From Chlorobiota bacterium (GTDB taxonomy: Bacteria > Bacteroidota > Bacteroidia > JAADEI01): a stretch of DNA of 54,091 nucleotides. The notes beneath the pieces are model-generated. The model was given only the letters and a program-made list of their open reading frames with translations, had not been told where the DNA came from and made no database searches. The DNA is taken from positions 1 to 54,091 of the forward strand of contig JAADEI010000081.1 in assembly GCA_013153515.1 (NCBI GenBank). The letters run 5' to 3'. The translations under genes and the position numbers were made by a program. Of the stretch, positions 19,339-28,644 are shown in pieces (position 1 is the stretch's first letter; each line of letters begins with the position of its first letter).

Positions 19339-20538
19339 ATGAAAATTCTGGAATCTTTAAGGTTATTCATCTTGACCCTCATCTGTTCAGGGGAATTGCT
19401 TTTTGCTCAAAGTACCATAACTATAATGCAATATAACCTTTTGCGTTATGGGGCATCACCGATCGTGGAAAAAAACCAAGTTTGCTCTGCCATAATCAAC
19501 TTTGTTAATCCGGACATTTTATGCATAAACGAAGTGTTGCCGACCTATGCAGATTCCTTAGAACTTGTGTTGAAAAGCCTTGACAGTTCTTGGACTCTGG
19601 CTCCTTGGTCTAATGTCTCAGGGGGAACAGTTGTTAATGTTCTGCTATACAGAAAAGACAGGGTTACCTTCGTCAGACAACGAACAGTAGAGACTCTTGT
19701 CAGGGATATTCCAGTATATTGGTTATTGGTCTCCGATAGCATTCCATTAGTGATTGCCGTTGCCCACTTGAAAGCAGGATCTAATTCAACCAGTGAGCAA
19801 CAACGCAGATGGATGGTTGAAGCCCTTATTGATAGCCTAACCAACTGGAATGTGGATAGATGGATCCTCGTGGGCGACCTGAATTTCTATTCTTCCGAAG
19901 ACACTTCATACAAACTGTTAATAAACCATCCAGACCCTCGCTTTAGATTGGTTGATCCTTTCCCTTCTGGGCAATGGCACAATAATGCCCTATTTGCTTC
20001 ATACCACACGCAATCCACCCGGGATACGTTGTTGTCTGATGGCGGGGCAACGGGGGGTATGGACGACCGATTTGATTTCATCTTGCCATCGGTTAGATAC
20101 TTTGAACCGCCCTATCAATGGGACACTTTCTATGTGTTTGCCCAAGACGGAAATCACTTCAACAAGTCCATCCTTGATTCTCCACCTTTACCTGTTCCAG
20201 AAACCATCGCAACTGCACTATACTTCTGCTCTGACCATTTACCTGTTTTAGCGACTCTTTCTTTACCAGATAAACCTGTTCAGGATACTGTAATATCCAC
20301 GTCGGAACCAAATGATTTACACAACTGCCAAATTATCAGTAACACCAGCCAAATCACAATTCCTCACTGTTCGCAAATCATTGCAATAACCACCATTGAG
20401 GGGAAACAAATCTTAATTAACAGTCCCATTGCTCGTTTGGCACTTAATTACACCAACAGATTAATGATTGTCAGTTATGAACAACCGCATCATGTCTCAC
20501 AAAACCACATTAAACACGTTAAATTGATTATAGAGTAA
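19339..20538 (+). CDS. Secreted endonuclease/exonuclease/phosphatase (EEP) family protein with T9SS-CTD-like tail
   Basis: Signal peptide ending FAQ; QYNLL, INEV, AHLKA, VGDLN, DRFDFI, SDHLPV; about 80-aa beta tail ending KLIIE. Confidence 0.85.
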   Translation: MKILESLRLFILTLICSGELLFAQSTITIMQYNLLRYGASPIVEKNQVCSAIINFVNPDILCINEVLPTYADSLELVLKSLDSSWTLAPWSNVSGGTVVNVLLYRKDRVTFVRQRTVETLVRDIPVYWLLVSDSIPLVIAVAHLKAGSNSTSEQQRRWMVEALIDSLTNWNVDRWILVGDLNFYSSEDTSYKLLINHPDPRFRLVDPFPSGQWHNNALFASYHTQSTRDTLLSDGGATGGMDDRFDFILPSVRYFEPPYQWDTFYVFAQDGNHFNKSILDSPPLPVPETIATALYFCSDHLPVLATLSLPDKPVQDTVISTSEPNDLHNCQIISNTSQITIPHCSQIIAITTIEGKQILINSPIARLALNYTNRLMIVSYEQPHHVSQNHIKHVKLIIE

Positions 20539-20547
20539 TCCAAAAGT

Positions 20548-22188
20548 GTGATAAGCATGAGGCGGAAGGATGACTGGATTGGTCAAATGCTAAACAAATG
20601 GGTTATATTACATTTTGGGGTTTTAGCCTCATTTATCTCAGGATGCTCGGACGACAACTCCCGAACAGATGGAAACTTCATAAGAATCAACATTCCTACT
20701 GAAGTACACACTATTGATCCGGGGTTTGCTACCACCCAAGCCAAAATGTGGGTTGTTTCTCAGATATATGAAACCCTCGTTTCCGTTGACTCAAACATGA
20801 ACCTTGTTCCTGAATTAGCAACCAGATGGGAAATCCTTGACAGTGGGAAACGATATAGGTTCTACTTAAGGCAAGGCGTTCGGTTCCACAATAGCGAAGG
20901 GGGGTTGACTGCCCATGACGTAGCAGCATCATTCTATCGGCTCATGACTCCTGAAGTGGCGGCTCCCGGGGCTTGGATATTCAACGACAGAGTCAGGAAG
21001 GATTCTCCTTTCGTTGTGATAAATGATTCCGTAATAGACATTTATCTTGAAAAGCCTTTCGCTCCATTCCTCTACATGCTCACAATGCCCTATGCAAGCA
21101 TCATCTCCCACAAAACTCTTTCAACTCACTATAAAGACCTGCACCGATATGCCGATGGGACAGGGCCCTTTCAGTTAAAAACATGGCAAGAAGAAGCATT
21201 GATACTCATCCAAAATCCTAATTACTGGAAGAGGGACAGTAATGGCAATCCATTGCCCTATATTGATGGCGTTATGTTTTCTTTTATAACCGATCCACAA
21301 GTTGAATTGCATATGTTTCTCCAGAACAATCTTGATTTTATCACCGCAGGTTCTCCCTCAGTCCTTAACAAGATAATGGATAAAAATGGCAGGATTTACA
21401 AAGACATTCTGGCAATTGCCAATCCCATCAAGCATAATTTTCTTAATACTGAATATCTCGGCTTCCTGCTTGACTCAAATGCTCTTGACCCTAATCATCA
21501 TATTCTTTTGAATCCACTTGTGAGAAAAGCCCTTTCACTTGCAATCGACCGAACACAATTGATTAACACAAGTAAATATGGCTTGGGCAGTGCCATAACT
21601 CCCGGCTTTGTCCATCCAGGCATGTGGAACTCTCCTGAAACAATCCCGTCATTTGATCCAATGCTTGCCGCCAAACTCCTTGCCAAAGCCGGCTACCCGG
21701 GCGGAAAAGGATTTCCAGAACTGACAATCCATACTCCACCCTCATATTTAGACTATATGATAATTGTCCAGAAACAATGGGAAGACCATCTGGGCATAAA
21801 GGCAAACATAGAAGTGATGCAACCAGCAACATTAAGAGAGATGATGGTTAAAGGCAGACTCCCTATATTCAGGGGGTCTTGGATAGCCGACTACCCAGAC
21901 CCTGAAACATTCTTAGTTGTTTTTTATAGCCGTATGCCTGCTCCACCCAACTACACACGATTTAAAAACGATTTATATGATAGTCTCTATAACCAAGCAT
22001 TACAAACCTTTGACGAATCCAAAAGATGGAAGTTGTATAAGAAAATGGACAGTTTAATAATTGAACATTCTCCTGTTATCGTATTATTCCATGATCAGGC
22101 TCTGAGGCTACTGTCCAAAAGGGTCAAAGGCTTCAAAATAAACGATATGGGAATGTTTAATCTTGAGTATGTTCGCATTAGCAAATAA
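20548..22188 (+). CDS. ABC transporter substrate-binding lipoprotein, family 5 (OppA/DppA-like)
   Basis: Lipobox ISGC (likely start 20587); IYETLV, PELATRW, YRFYLRQGVRFH, GTGPF, RGSWIADYPDPETFL. Confidence 0.9.
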   Translation: MISMRRKDDWIGQMLNKWVILHFGVLASFISGCSDDNSRTDGNFIRINIPTEVHTIDPGFATTQAKMWVVSQIYETLVSVDSNMNLVPELATRWEILDSGKRYRFYLRQGVRFHNSEGGLTAHDVAASFYRLMTPEVAAPGAWIFNDRVRKDSPFVVINDSVIDIYLEKPFAPFLYMLTMPYASIISHKTLSTHYKDLHRYADGTGPFQLKTWQEEALILIQNPNYWKRDSNGNPLPYIDGVMFSFITDPQVELHMFLQNNLDFITAGSPSVLNKIMDKNGRIYKDILAIANPIKHNFLNTEYLGFLLDSNALDPNHHILLNPLVRKALSLAIDRTQLINTSKYGLGSAITPGFVHPGMWNSPETIPSFDPMLAAKLLAKAGYPGGKGFPELTIHTPPSYLDYMIIVQKQWEDHLGIKANIEVMQPATLREMMVKGRLPIFRGSWIADYPDPETFLVVFYSRMPAPPNYTRFKNDLYDSLYNQALQTFDESKRWKLYKKMDSLIIEHSPVIVLFHDQALRLLSKRVKGFKINDMGMFNLEYVRISK

Positions 22189-22197
22189 GGTAACGAA

Positions 22198-25100
22198 ATG
22201 AATAAAGCAGATAAAGCACCTTTGATTAGTGTATATAAGAAACTATGTCCTGTTTGTGGGGAAGAGATAGACAACGATAGGCTCTGGTTGGGGTTGCCTT
22301 GTCGGAAATGTGTTCCAGACCCTGCTCCACTTAATGTCAGGCTCAATAGAGGCTTGTTTAAGAGGTTTTATAAAACTCAACAACTAACCACCGAATTCTC
22401 CAAATTTTTTAAGAAAGCCACGGGGTTTGATATCGCCCGTTTGCAAGTGTTATGGACAAAAAGATTTTTCTTGGGGGAATCCTTCGCTATAATGTCTCCT
22501 CCGGGACTCGGCAAGACAACGTGGGGATTGACCCTCAGCCTATTTATCGAAGGGAAAGTATTAATTCTTGTGCCGACCAGATTGCTTGGCGAACAAGTAT
22601 TAAACAGGCTTTCTGAATATGCATCAAAAACAAATTCACGAAAAAGAATTTTGTTTTACAAAAGTTCCCAAAAGATCAAGAAGCAATATGAAAATGGCGA
22701 ATATGATATATTGATTGGCACAACCAGATTCTTTTATTTGCATTTGTCCGAACTGAAAAAAGTGCCTTTCTCTTTCATCTTCATTGACGATGTTGACTCT
22801 TTCCTGAAGCAGCCACGCAGCGTGGAAAGACTAATGAATTTTCTCAACATCCCTTATAGCCTTGTTCAGAAAGCAATGGAACCGAACTTGCCACCGGAAG
22901 ATTTAAATCGGCTCTATGAACAAGCCCAACGATTCATAAACAAACAACTAATCATATCTTCTGCCACCTTAAAGCCTCGTCCCGCTCAAATAAGGCTTTT
23001 CAGACGATTGTTGGGGTTTGATATTCAAAAAAGCATAACGACCCTGAGGCAAATAACCGATGCAAAGAAGGGGCTTAATTCTTTGGAAGAGATAATGAAA
23101 AGGGCAGTTGAGATAATAAAAGAAGTTGGTAGTGGGGGACTGGTCTTCCTCTCTCCAATGCTTGGAAGCAAACATCTGGACTCTGTATTGGAACACCTAA
23201 GGAATAATGGCATAAACGCCATTTCTTATACGGAACATAGCACAGCGGAATTGATTAAGATAATGCAGTCTGGGGAATTTGATGTTGCCGTGGGGATCGC
23301 CCATGCTATGAATCCACTTGTCAGGGGAATAGACCTTCCCTCCGTGTTGAAATATGCTATATTTCTTGAACCTCCTGTTTTTATGTTTCCATTGAAGCAG
23401 GAACCTGTTCCATCCAGACTGTATGTCCTGCTAATAAACATTGTAAATGCCCTTCCGGAAGACTTGCGAACAACTGCTTTCTCTTGGATTCAATACCTGA
23501 GGGACAAACGCTATATTTCCGCCAAGGCGATAGAGGGCAATCCGACGTTAAAATCTAAACTGGAACAGATCGCTTCCACCCTCCAACAATGGCTCAATGA
23601 CCCGGGAATTCAAAGAAAATTAAATGAGTCGGACGATGTTTTCATAAAATTCATTGACGGACAGTGGTATATCATCATTGGCGACGCAACAAGTTATATC
23701 CAAGCGTCTGGACGAACCAGTCGCCTCACTCCTCACGGCTTGACGGAAGGGCTATCAATAGTCCTTTATTCAGAGCCCAAAGCAATGAGAAGCCTTGAAA
23801 AACGATTAAACATATTTTTTCCTTCTGCCCAAATTCAATTTAAAAATCTGGATGAACTGAACTTACAAGAAATTAAAAAAAGGCTTATTGAATCCCGACA
23901 GGAAACCGTTGAACGCAATAGACCATCTTTCTCCTCAACCCTTGTGATTGTTGAATCTCCCACCAAGGCAAAGACCCTTGCTTCATTCATAGGGACTCCA
24001 CAGATGCGTAAGACAGATGGCGTCATTGCTTATGAAGTGCCGGGGGCAGACAGAATGTGGATATTCACCGCTTCACTCGGACACATAACAGACCTCATCA
24101 CTGATGAAGGGTATTGGGGCGTTAGGATTGGGGGCGATGAAGGGTTCCTGCCTGTCTATAATACTATCAAGCATTGCGACACGGAAAAAGGACGGATTCA
24201 ATTCACTGATGATGACCCGCCCTCTCCCTGCTCTAAAAGACCCATATCAGACAAAAAAGAAATTATTGATGGACTGAGAAAATTAGCCTTTCAAGTTGAT
24301 GAAGTTATTATTGCAACCGACCCAGATACCGAAGGCGAAAAAATCGGATTTGATAACTGGCATGCTATAAGACCTTACCAACGTAATGTTTTGAGAAGTG
24401 AGTTTCATGAGATAACGCCCGCAGGCTTCAAGAAAGCAATTCAACAAGCCAGAATAGTTAATTTCAATTGGGTTAAGGCACAGATTGCCCGTCGGATAGC
24501 AGACAGATGGGTCGGATTCTATTTCTCACAATATCTATGGAAAAGATTTAGGAACAAGTTTTTGTCAGCGGGAAGGGTTCAAACTCCTGTCTTAAAATGG
24601 GTCATTGATCGGACGTTAAAGGCACGCACCAAAGTGCCCGTAGTAACCTTTAAAGTTCAAAATGTTCAATTTGAACTACCAGCCCAAAACAGGCAGGACG
24701 CCAATCAGAAAATTAATTTGCTCCGGAAAGCAAACATAACTCTAAGCGACGAAAAAACTACGCAAAAAAATCCCGCTCCCCCTTTCACCACAGACAAAAT
24801 TCTGCAGGAAGCCAACACCCTACTGAGAATAGATGTCAACACCACTATGAAACTACTACAAGAACTCTTTGAAAATGGCTTGATAACATATCACAGAACA
24901 GATAGTACACACGTGTCAGACACGGGGATTTATGCCGTTGCAAAGCCTTTCATCGTGGAAACAGCAGGCGAAGAATACTTTTATCCCAGGCACTGGGGAC
25001 AGGAAGGAACCCATGAAGCGATCAGACCAACCAGACCACTCACACCAGATGACTTAACAATACAAATTTCATCGGGGATATACACCTTCTCCGACAATCA

Positions 25101-25719
25101 AAAAGCCCTTCATCTGTATGATTTAATTTTCTTTTGGTTCATGGCTTCACAAGCCTCTCCAGCGAAAGTGAAGCAAGCCACCTTATCCATAATGTCGCCT
25201 GATGGCAACCTGCTAATCCAAAAACTCGTGATAACCCAGATTGAGTTTGATGGATACTTAAAATTCGCTCACAAATTTGTACGACTTGAACAAATTGACC
25301 CTTCACAACCTCTAAAACTCTCTGACATAAAAATAACCCACAAGCCTTTGGAACCTCCCTTCACACAAGGCGAACTAATCAAAACAATGAAAGAAAGGAA
25401 ACTGGGACGTCCCTCCACATACGCCAAGATAGTGGAAACCCTTCTTAACAGGAAATATGTCAGCGAACACCGTGGACGCCTATACGCCACTAAACTGGGA
25501 ATGCAAGTCTATAAATGTTTGCTTCAGGACTGTCCAATTCAACCCGAAAAACGACGCCTCCTTTCAGAAGACTTCACACGGGAATTGGAAGAACTAATGG
25601 ATAGGATAAGCGAAGGGGAAGAAAGACTAAAAAACGTGCTTAATAGATACTTCACTATATTGGAATTGAGACCTGTGCATAAACCCTTTCAACACAGTCA
25701 TAAACCAGACTCCTATTAA
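22198..25719 (+). CDS. rgy: Reverse gyrase
   Basis: N-terminal CPVC-x17-CRKC Zn finger. SF2 helicase motifs PPGLGKTT, DDVD, SAT, YIQASGRTSR. Type IA topoisomerase motifs IVESPTKA, ATDPDTEGEKI, SAGRVQTP, LITYHRTDS (catalytic Tyr), GRPSTYA. 1173 aa. Confidence 0.97.
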   Translation: MNKADKAPLISVYKKLCPVCGEEIDNDRLWLGLPCRKCVPDPAPLNVRLNRGLFKRFYKTQQLTTEFSKFFKKATGFDIARLQVLWTKRFFLGESFAIMSPPGLGKTTWGLTLSLFIEGKVLILVPTRLLGEQVLNRLSEYASKTNSRKRILFYKSSQKIKKQYENGEYDILIGTTRFFYLHLSELKKVPFSFIFIDDVDSFLKQPRSVERLMNFLNIPYSLVQKAMEPNLPPEDLNRLYEQAQRFINKQLIISSATLKPRPAQIRLFRRLLGFDIQKSITTLRQITDAKKGLNSLEEIMKRAVEIIKEVGSGGLVFLSPMLGSKHLDSVLEHLRNNGINAISYTEHSTAELIKIMQSGEFDVAVGIAHAMNPLVRGIDLPSVLKYAIFLEPPVFMFPLKQEPVPSRLYVLLINIVNALPEDLRTTAFSWIQYLRDKRYISAKAIEGNPTLKSKLEQIASTLQQWLNDPGIQRKLNESDDVFIKFIDGQWYIIIGDATSYIQASGRTSRLTPHGLTEGLSIVLYSEPKAMRSLEKRLNIFFPSAQIQFKNLDELNLQEIKKRLIESRQETVERNRPSFSSTLVIVESPTKAKTLASFIGTPQMRKTDGVIAYEVPGADRMWIFTASLGHITDLITDEGYWGVRIGGDEGFLPVYNTIKHCDTEKGRIQFTDDDPPSPCSKRPISDKKEIIDGLRKLAFQVDEVIIATDPDTEGEKIGFDNWHAIRPYQRNVLRSEFHEITPAGFKKAIQQARIVNFNWVKAQIARRIADRWVGFYFSQYLWKRFRNKFLSAGRVQTPVLKWVIDRTLKARTKVPVVTFKVQNVQFELPAQNRQDANQKINLLRKANITLSDEKTTQKNPAPPFTTDKILQEANTLLRIDVNTTMKLLQELFENGLITYHRTDSTHVSDTGIYAVAKPFIVETAGEEYFYPRHWGQEGTHEAIRPTRPLTPDDLTIQISSGIYTFSDNQKALHLYDLIFFWFMASQASPAKVKQATLSIMSPDGNLLIQKLVITQIEFDGYLKFAHKFVRLEQIDPSQPLKLSDIKITHKPLEPPFTQGELIKTMKERKLGRPSTYAKIVETLLNRKYVSEHRGRLYATKLGMQVYKCLLQDCPIQPEKRRLLSEDFTRELEELMDRISEGEERLKNVLNRYFTILELRPVHKPFQHSHKPDSY

Positions 25720-25799
25720 ATTTAATTTGACCTATGAATAAACCCGAATCACATACTAAAACCTTTTAGATAGACAACGGAACAAAAGAGTCAACGGGC

Positions 25800-27137
25800 T
25801 TAATCGGGTTTATTGTGTATGTATGGAATCGTGTTCTTTCTGGGATTGGGCACCTCCCTCTCGTCCTCTGCATCACCACCAACACCAAAAAATAATCCCG
25901 GAATGCTTCTCTGCTGCCTTAAATAGGAAGGTTCCTCTTTTCTGAGTTTCCTCCTGTCTTGTGGGCTAACGCTTTCCTGCCCCCTTGATCTTTGCTTTTC
26001 AACTTGATTTTCAGGCTCATATATTGGCTCTTTCTTAGGAATATAGTGTGCATCTGCATAACCCGAACTAATTTCCACATCCTTTGGCTCAACTAAACTA
26101 GTTGGTTTCTGATTCCACAATACAGGTTTCTCTTCTTCCTCCTCTATCTCCCGCTTATCAACAACTTCAATAATCAATAGCATAGCACTTTTCTCAGGCA
26201 AGTGAGATGTTGAACCCAAGGCAACAAGGAACTCAGCATCGGGCGACTCCTTCTCTAATCTCTTCTTCAATGTGTGAATGAGACTTCCAGTAATGTCAAC
26301 GGAAGGATGCCAGAGGAACGACACGAACAAAGCAGACGCATTCTTCAAAGTCAAAATATGTTTCAAATATGGATGGGAACTGATTTGCTCAAACATCTCA
26401 TCAAGGTCAGGCTTGTCTATTTTCGTTTGAATGCTTATTCCCACATGTGCCTCCTTACCCTGTCCAAACAACATTCCCAACTCTCCCGGCTTAATGGAAA
26501 AATATAATCCCGGATTGCATGAATAAATAATACCCTGAATAATGTTTTTAATAAAATTATTCCTGTCTTTTAAAATATCTTCAAATCGCCTATCTGCAAC
26601 CGCTATATTGTCATTATCCACAACTATTACCGCACTGACGTGTTTCTTAATCTCTTCAATGGCTTCATCCGCTATCTGTCTCACCCGTTTGCCTGCAGGA
26701 CTAAAAGGATAGAGTAATATGGCAATTGACGACACATTTGTCTTCCCCTTTAACAATTCCTCTGCAATGACGGGCAATGCACCACTGCCAGTGCCCTCCC
26801 CAACTCCAGCGATAAAAAAGACCATTTCAGTATCATCACCCACTAACTTCTTCAAGTCTTCTATGGATTCCTTAGCGGCAGCCCTCCCTTTCTCAGGGTC
26901 TCTCATACAGCCCCTCCCCTGAGTTACACTCTCTCCCAAAAGAACTTTATGTATGTTCGCCACCCCATCCAATGCGTCAGCGTCCGTGTCGCAAGAAATA
27001 GCCATCACGGATTGAGGCATGTCTTTGAAAATGTAGTTAACCACTTGGATTCCAGCAGTTCCAACCCCTATCAATTTAATGCGTCCCTTTCCCCAAGACG
27101 CCTTCTCCCTAACAACAGGAACTATTTCGGTAGTCAT
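25800..27137 (-). CDS. ftsZ: Cell division protein FtsZ, highly divergent
   Basis: Last gene of dcw after ftsA. IKLIGVG, DTD, PEKGRAAAKES, MVFFIAGVGEGTGSGALPVIAE, DND; Bacteroidota-like tail (EPSYLRQ ... YIHNKPD). Catalytic loops altered. Confidence 0.85.
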   Translation of the reverse strand: MTTEIVPVVREKASWGKGRIKLIGVGTAGIQVVNYIFKDMPQSVMAISCDTDADALDGVANIHKVLLGESVTQGRGCMRDPEKGRAAAKESIEDLKKLVGDDTEMVFFIAGVGEGTGSGALPVIAEELLKGKTNVSSIAILLYPFSPAGKRVRQIADEAIEEIKKHVSAVIVVDNDNIAVADRRFEDILKDRNNFIKNIIQGIIYSCNPGLYFSIKPGELGMLFGQGKEAHVGISIQTKIDKPDLDEMFEQISSHPYLKHILTLKNASALFVSFLWHPSVDITGSLIHTLKKRLEKESPDAEFLVALGSTSHLPEKSAMLLIIEVVDKREIEEEEEKPVLWNQKPTSLVEPKDVEISSGYADAHYIPKKEPIYEPENQVEKQRSRGQESVSPQDRRKLRKEEPSYLRQQRSIPGLFFGVGGDAEDEREVPNPRKNTIPYIHNKPD

Positions 27138-27139
27138 GG

Positions 27140-28636
27140 CTAAAATGTTTCGTCGTTATCTGTTTCTCCTTCACTACTTAAAAACCCCTTAAACCATTGC
27201 TTTATTGATTGAATCAGTTTTGACTCTCCTAAATCGTCTTTAGTTGTTTTGCTCTGTCCTGAATAAACAATATCAACAACCCTCTCCTGAATATAGTGGA
27301 CTATCATTCCCACGGCGGTTGAATGGATCAACAAGTTAGAATTGTCCCCTTTAGGAATTTGAACAGTTGATTGTTTCACATCTATCCACATATCAGGACC
27401 TTTCTTTCTCACTTGCACATTATTTCTGAACACCCCTGATATTTTCGTCTGTCCGAAACACTGTGCAGCCAAAACCTCAATGCCCTTCAAATTACTACCT
27501 CCGCCAGTTAGAATAACATTAGAAATCTCCCCGCTATCATATAGACCCGTGTTGGTCTTGTAATTCTGCATATTAACAATTCTTGCCAGACTTCTCAATG
27601 CCTCCGGAATGTCTTCTGAAAACAATTCTGCATATCGGGCGGCTATAATACCTATAAGTTGATTTACCTTCACCGAAACCGGATGACTCTTGTCATCAAA
27701 GAAAATATCTATTCTGTCATCTTTCCTCACGTTTTTAGAAATCACCAATGAACCAACTTTCTCCTTCAATCTACGGGCTTCTTGCAGGGTAATGTTAAGC
27801 AGTTGTTTTATATCGTGATCCACGGTATTTCCCGCAATATCTATACTATTAACTTCAATGATGCTATGATTTTTCATATACAACAAATCTGTTGTTCCTC
27901 CCCCTATGTCTATCACCAAAACCCCTATTTCTTGGTCTGCGGGCGTGGCGGTAGCCATCGTCGACGCCAATGGTTGCAAGATGACCTCATCAGGACTCAA
28001 TCCCGCCCATTCAATAGCCATTTTGAGAGTGTTAACATTCGTTTGGTCTATGGAAACAAGGGTAAATTTCCCGATCAGGGCATCCCCAACAGCCCCAATG
28101 ATTTCATTAACTATCGGCTTTAGTGGAACATCCTTATTACCCTGCTTAACATAAAACTCTGTTGGAATAACATGGATCACATTACTACTATTAGTAGCAC
28201 TATTCTTCGCTCTGGCAAACAGCCTCCTCACATCTTCCCTAGTTATTATATGTCCTGTGTCTTCAAAACTTATTGACTGAGAAATATCCTCCTTCCTCAA
28301 CGCAACACCGGCAACACTAAACAACACACGTTGGAAATTCGTATTCCCTTCAATCCCAACCTGAGTCTTGGCGAGATCCATCGCCCTTTTTATAGAACTG
28401 CTCACCTTGTTTATGTTATAAATACTTCCTTCTCTCATACCGAAAGAGGGCGTTACACCCATGCCATCAACTATCAGCCTGAGGTTGCGAGGCGTAATCA
28501 TTCCTTCAGCAAGATATTGATCCACATTGAAGGATGCCCGAGCAATGATAACTGAGATTTTGGTTGTCCCTACGTCTATAGCAACAATCGGCTTCCTTTC
28601 CAATTCCGTCGCCAGTTCAAGCAATTCCTGTTTCAT
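27140..28636 (-). CDS. ftsA: Cell division protein FtsA (divergent, with insertions)
   Basis: IDVGTTK, GSIYNINKV, IHVIPTEF, LQPLAS, IDIGGGTTD, LTGGGSNL, STAVGM, amphipathic IKQWFKGFL. Confidence 0.93.
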   Translation of the reverse strand: MKQELLELATELERKPIVAIDVGTTKISVIIARASFNVDQYLAEGMITPRNLRLIVDGMGVTPSFGMREGSIYNINKVSSSIKRAMDLAKTQVGIEGNTNFQRVLFSVAGVALRKEDISQSISFEDTGHIITREDVRRLFARAKNSATNSSNVIHVIPTEFYVKQGNKDVPLKPIVNEIIGAVGDALIGKFTLVSIDQTNVNTLKMAIEWAGLSPDEVILQPLASTMATATPADQEIGVLVIDIGGGTTDLLYMKNHSIIEVNSIDIAGNTVDHDIKQLLNITLQEARRLKEKVGSLVISKNVRKDDRIDIFFDDKSHPVSVKVNQLIGIIAARYAELFSEDIPEALRSLARIVNMQNYKTNTGLYDSGEISNVILTGGGSNLKGIEVLAAQCFGQTKISGVFRNNVQVRKKGPDMWIDVKQSTVQIPKGDNSNLLIHSTAVGMIVHYIQERVVDIVYSGQSKTTKDDLGESKLIQSIKQWFKGFLSSEGETDNDETF

Positions 28637-28644
28637 GGTTCACA

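Noticed and set aside
25737-25814. 11-bp inverted repeat AATAAACCCGA/TCGGGTTTATT between convergent rgy and ftsZ
   Set aside because: 56-nt loop, AT-rich, one arm inside ftsZ coding sequence; not a credible terminator and no other support.
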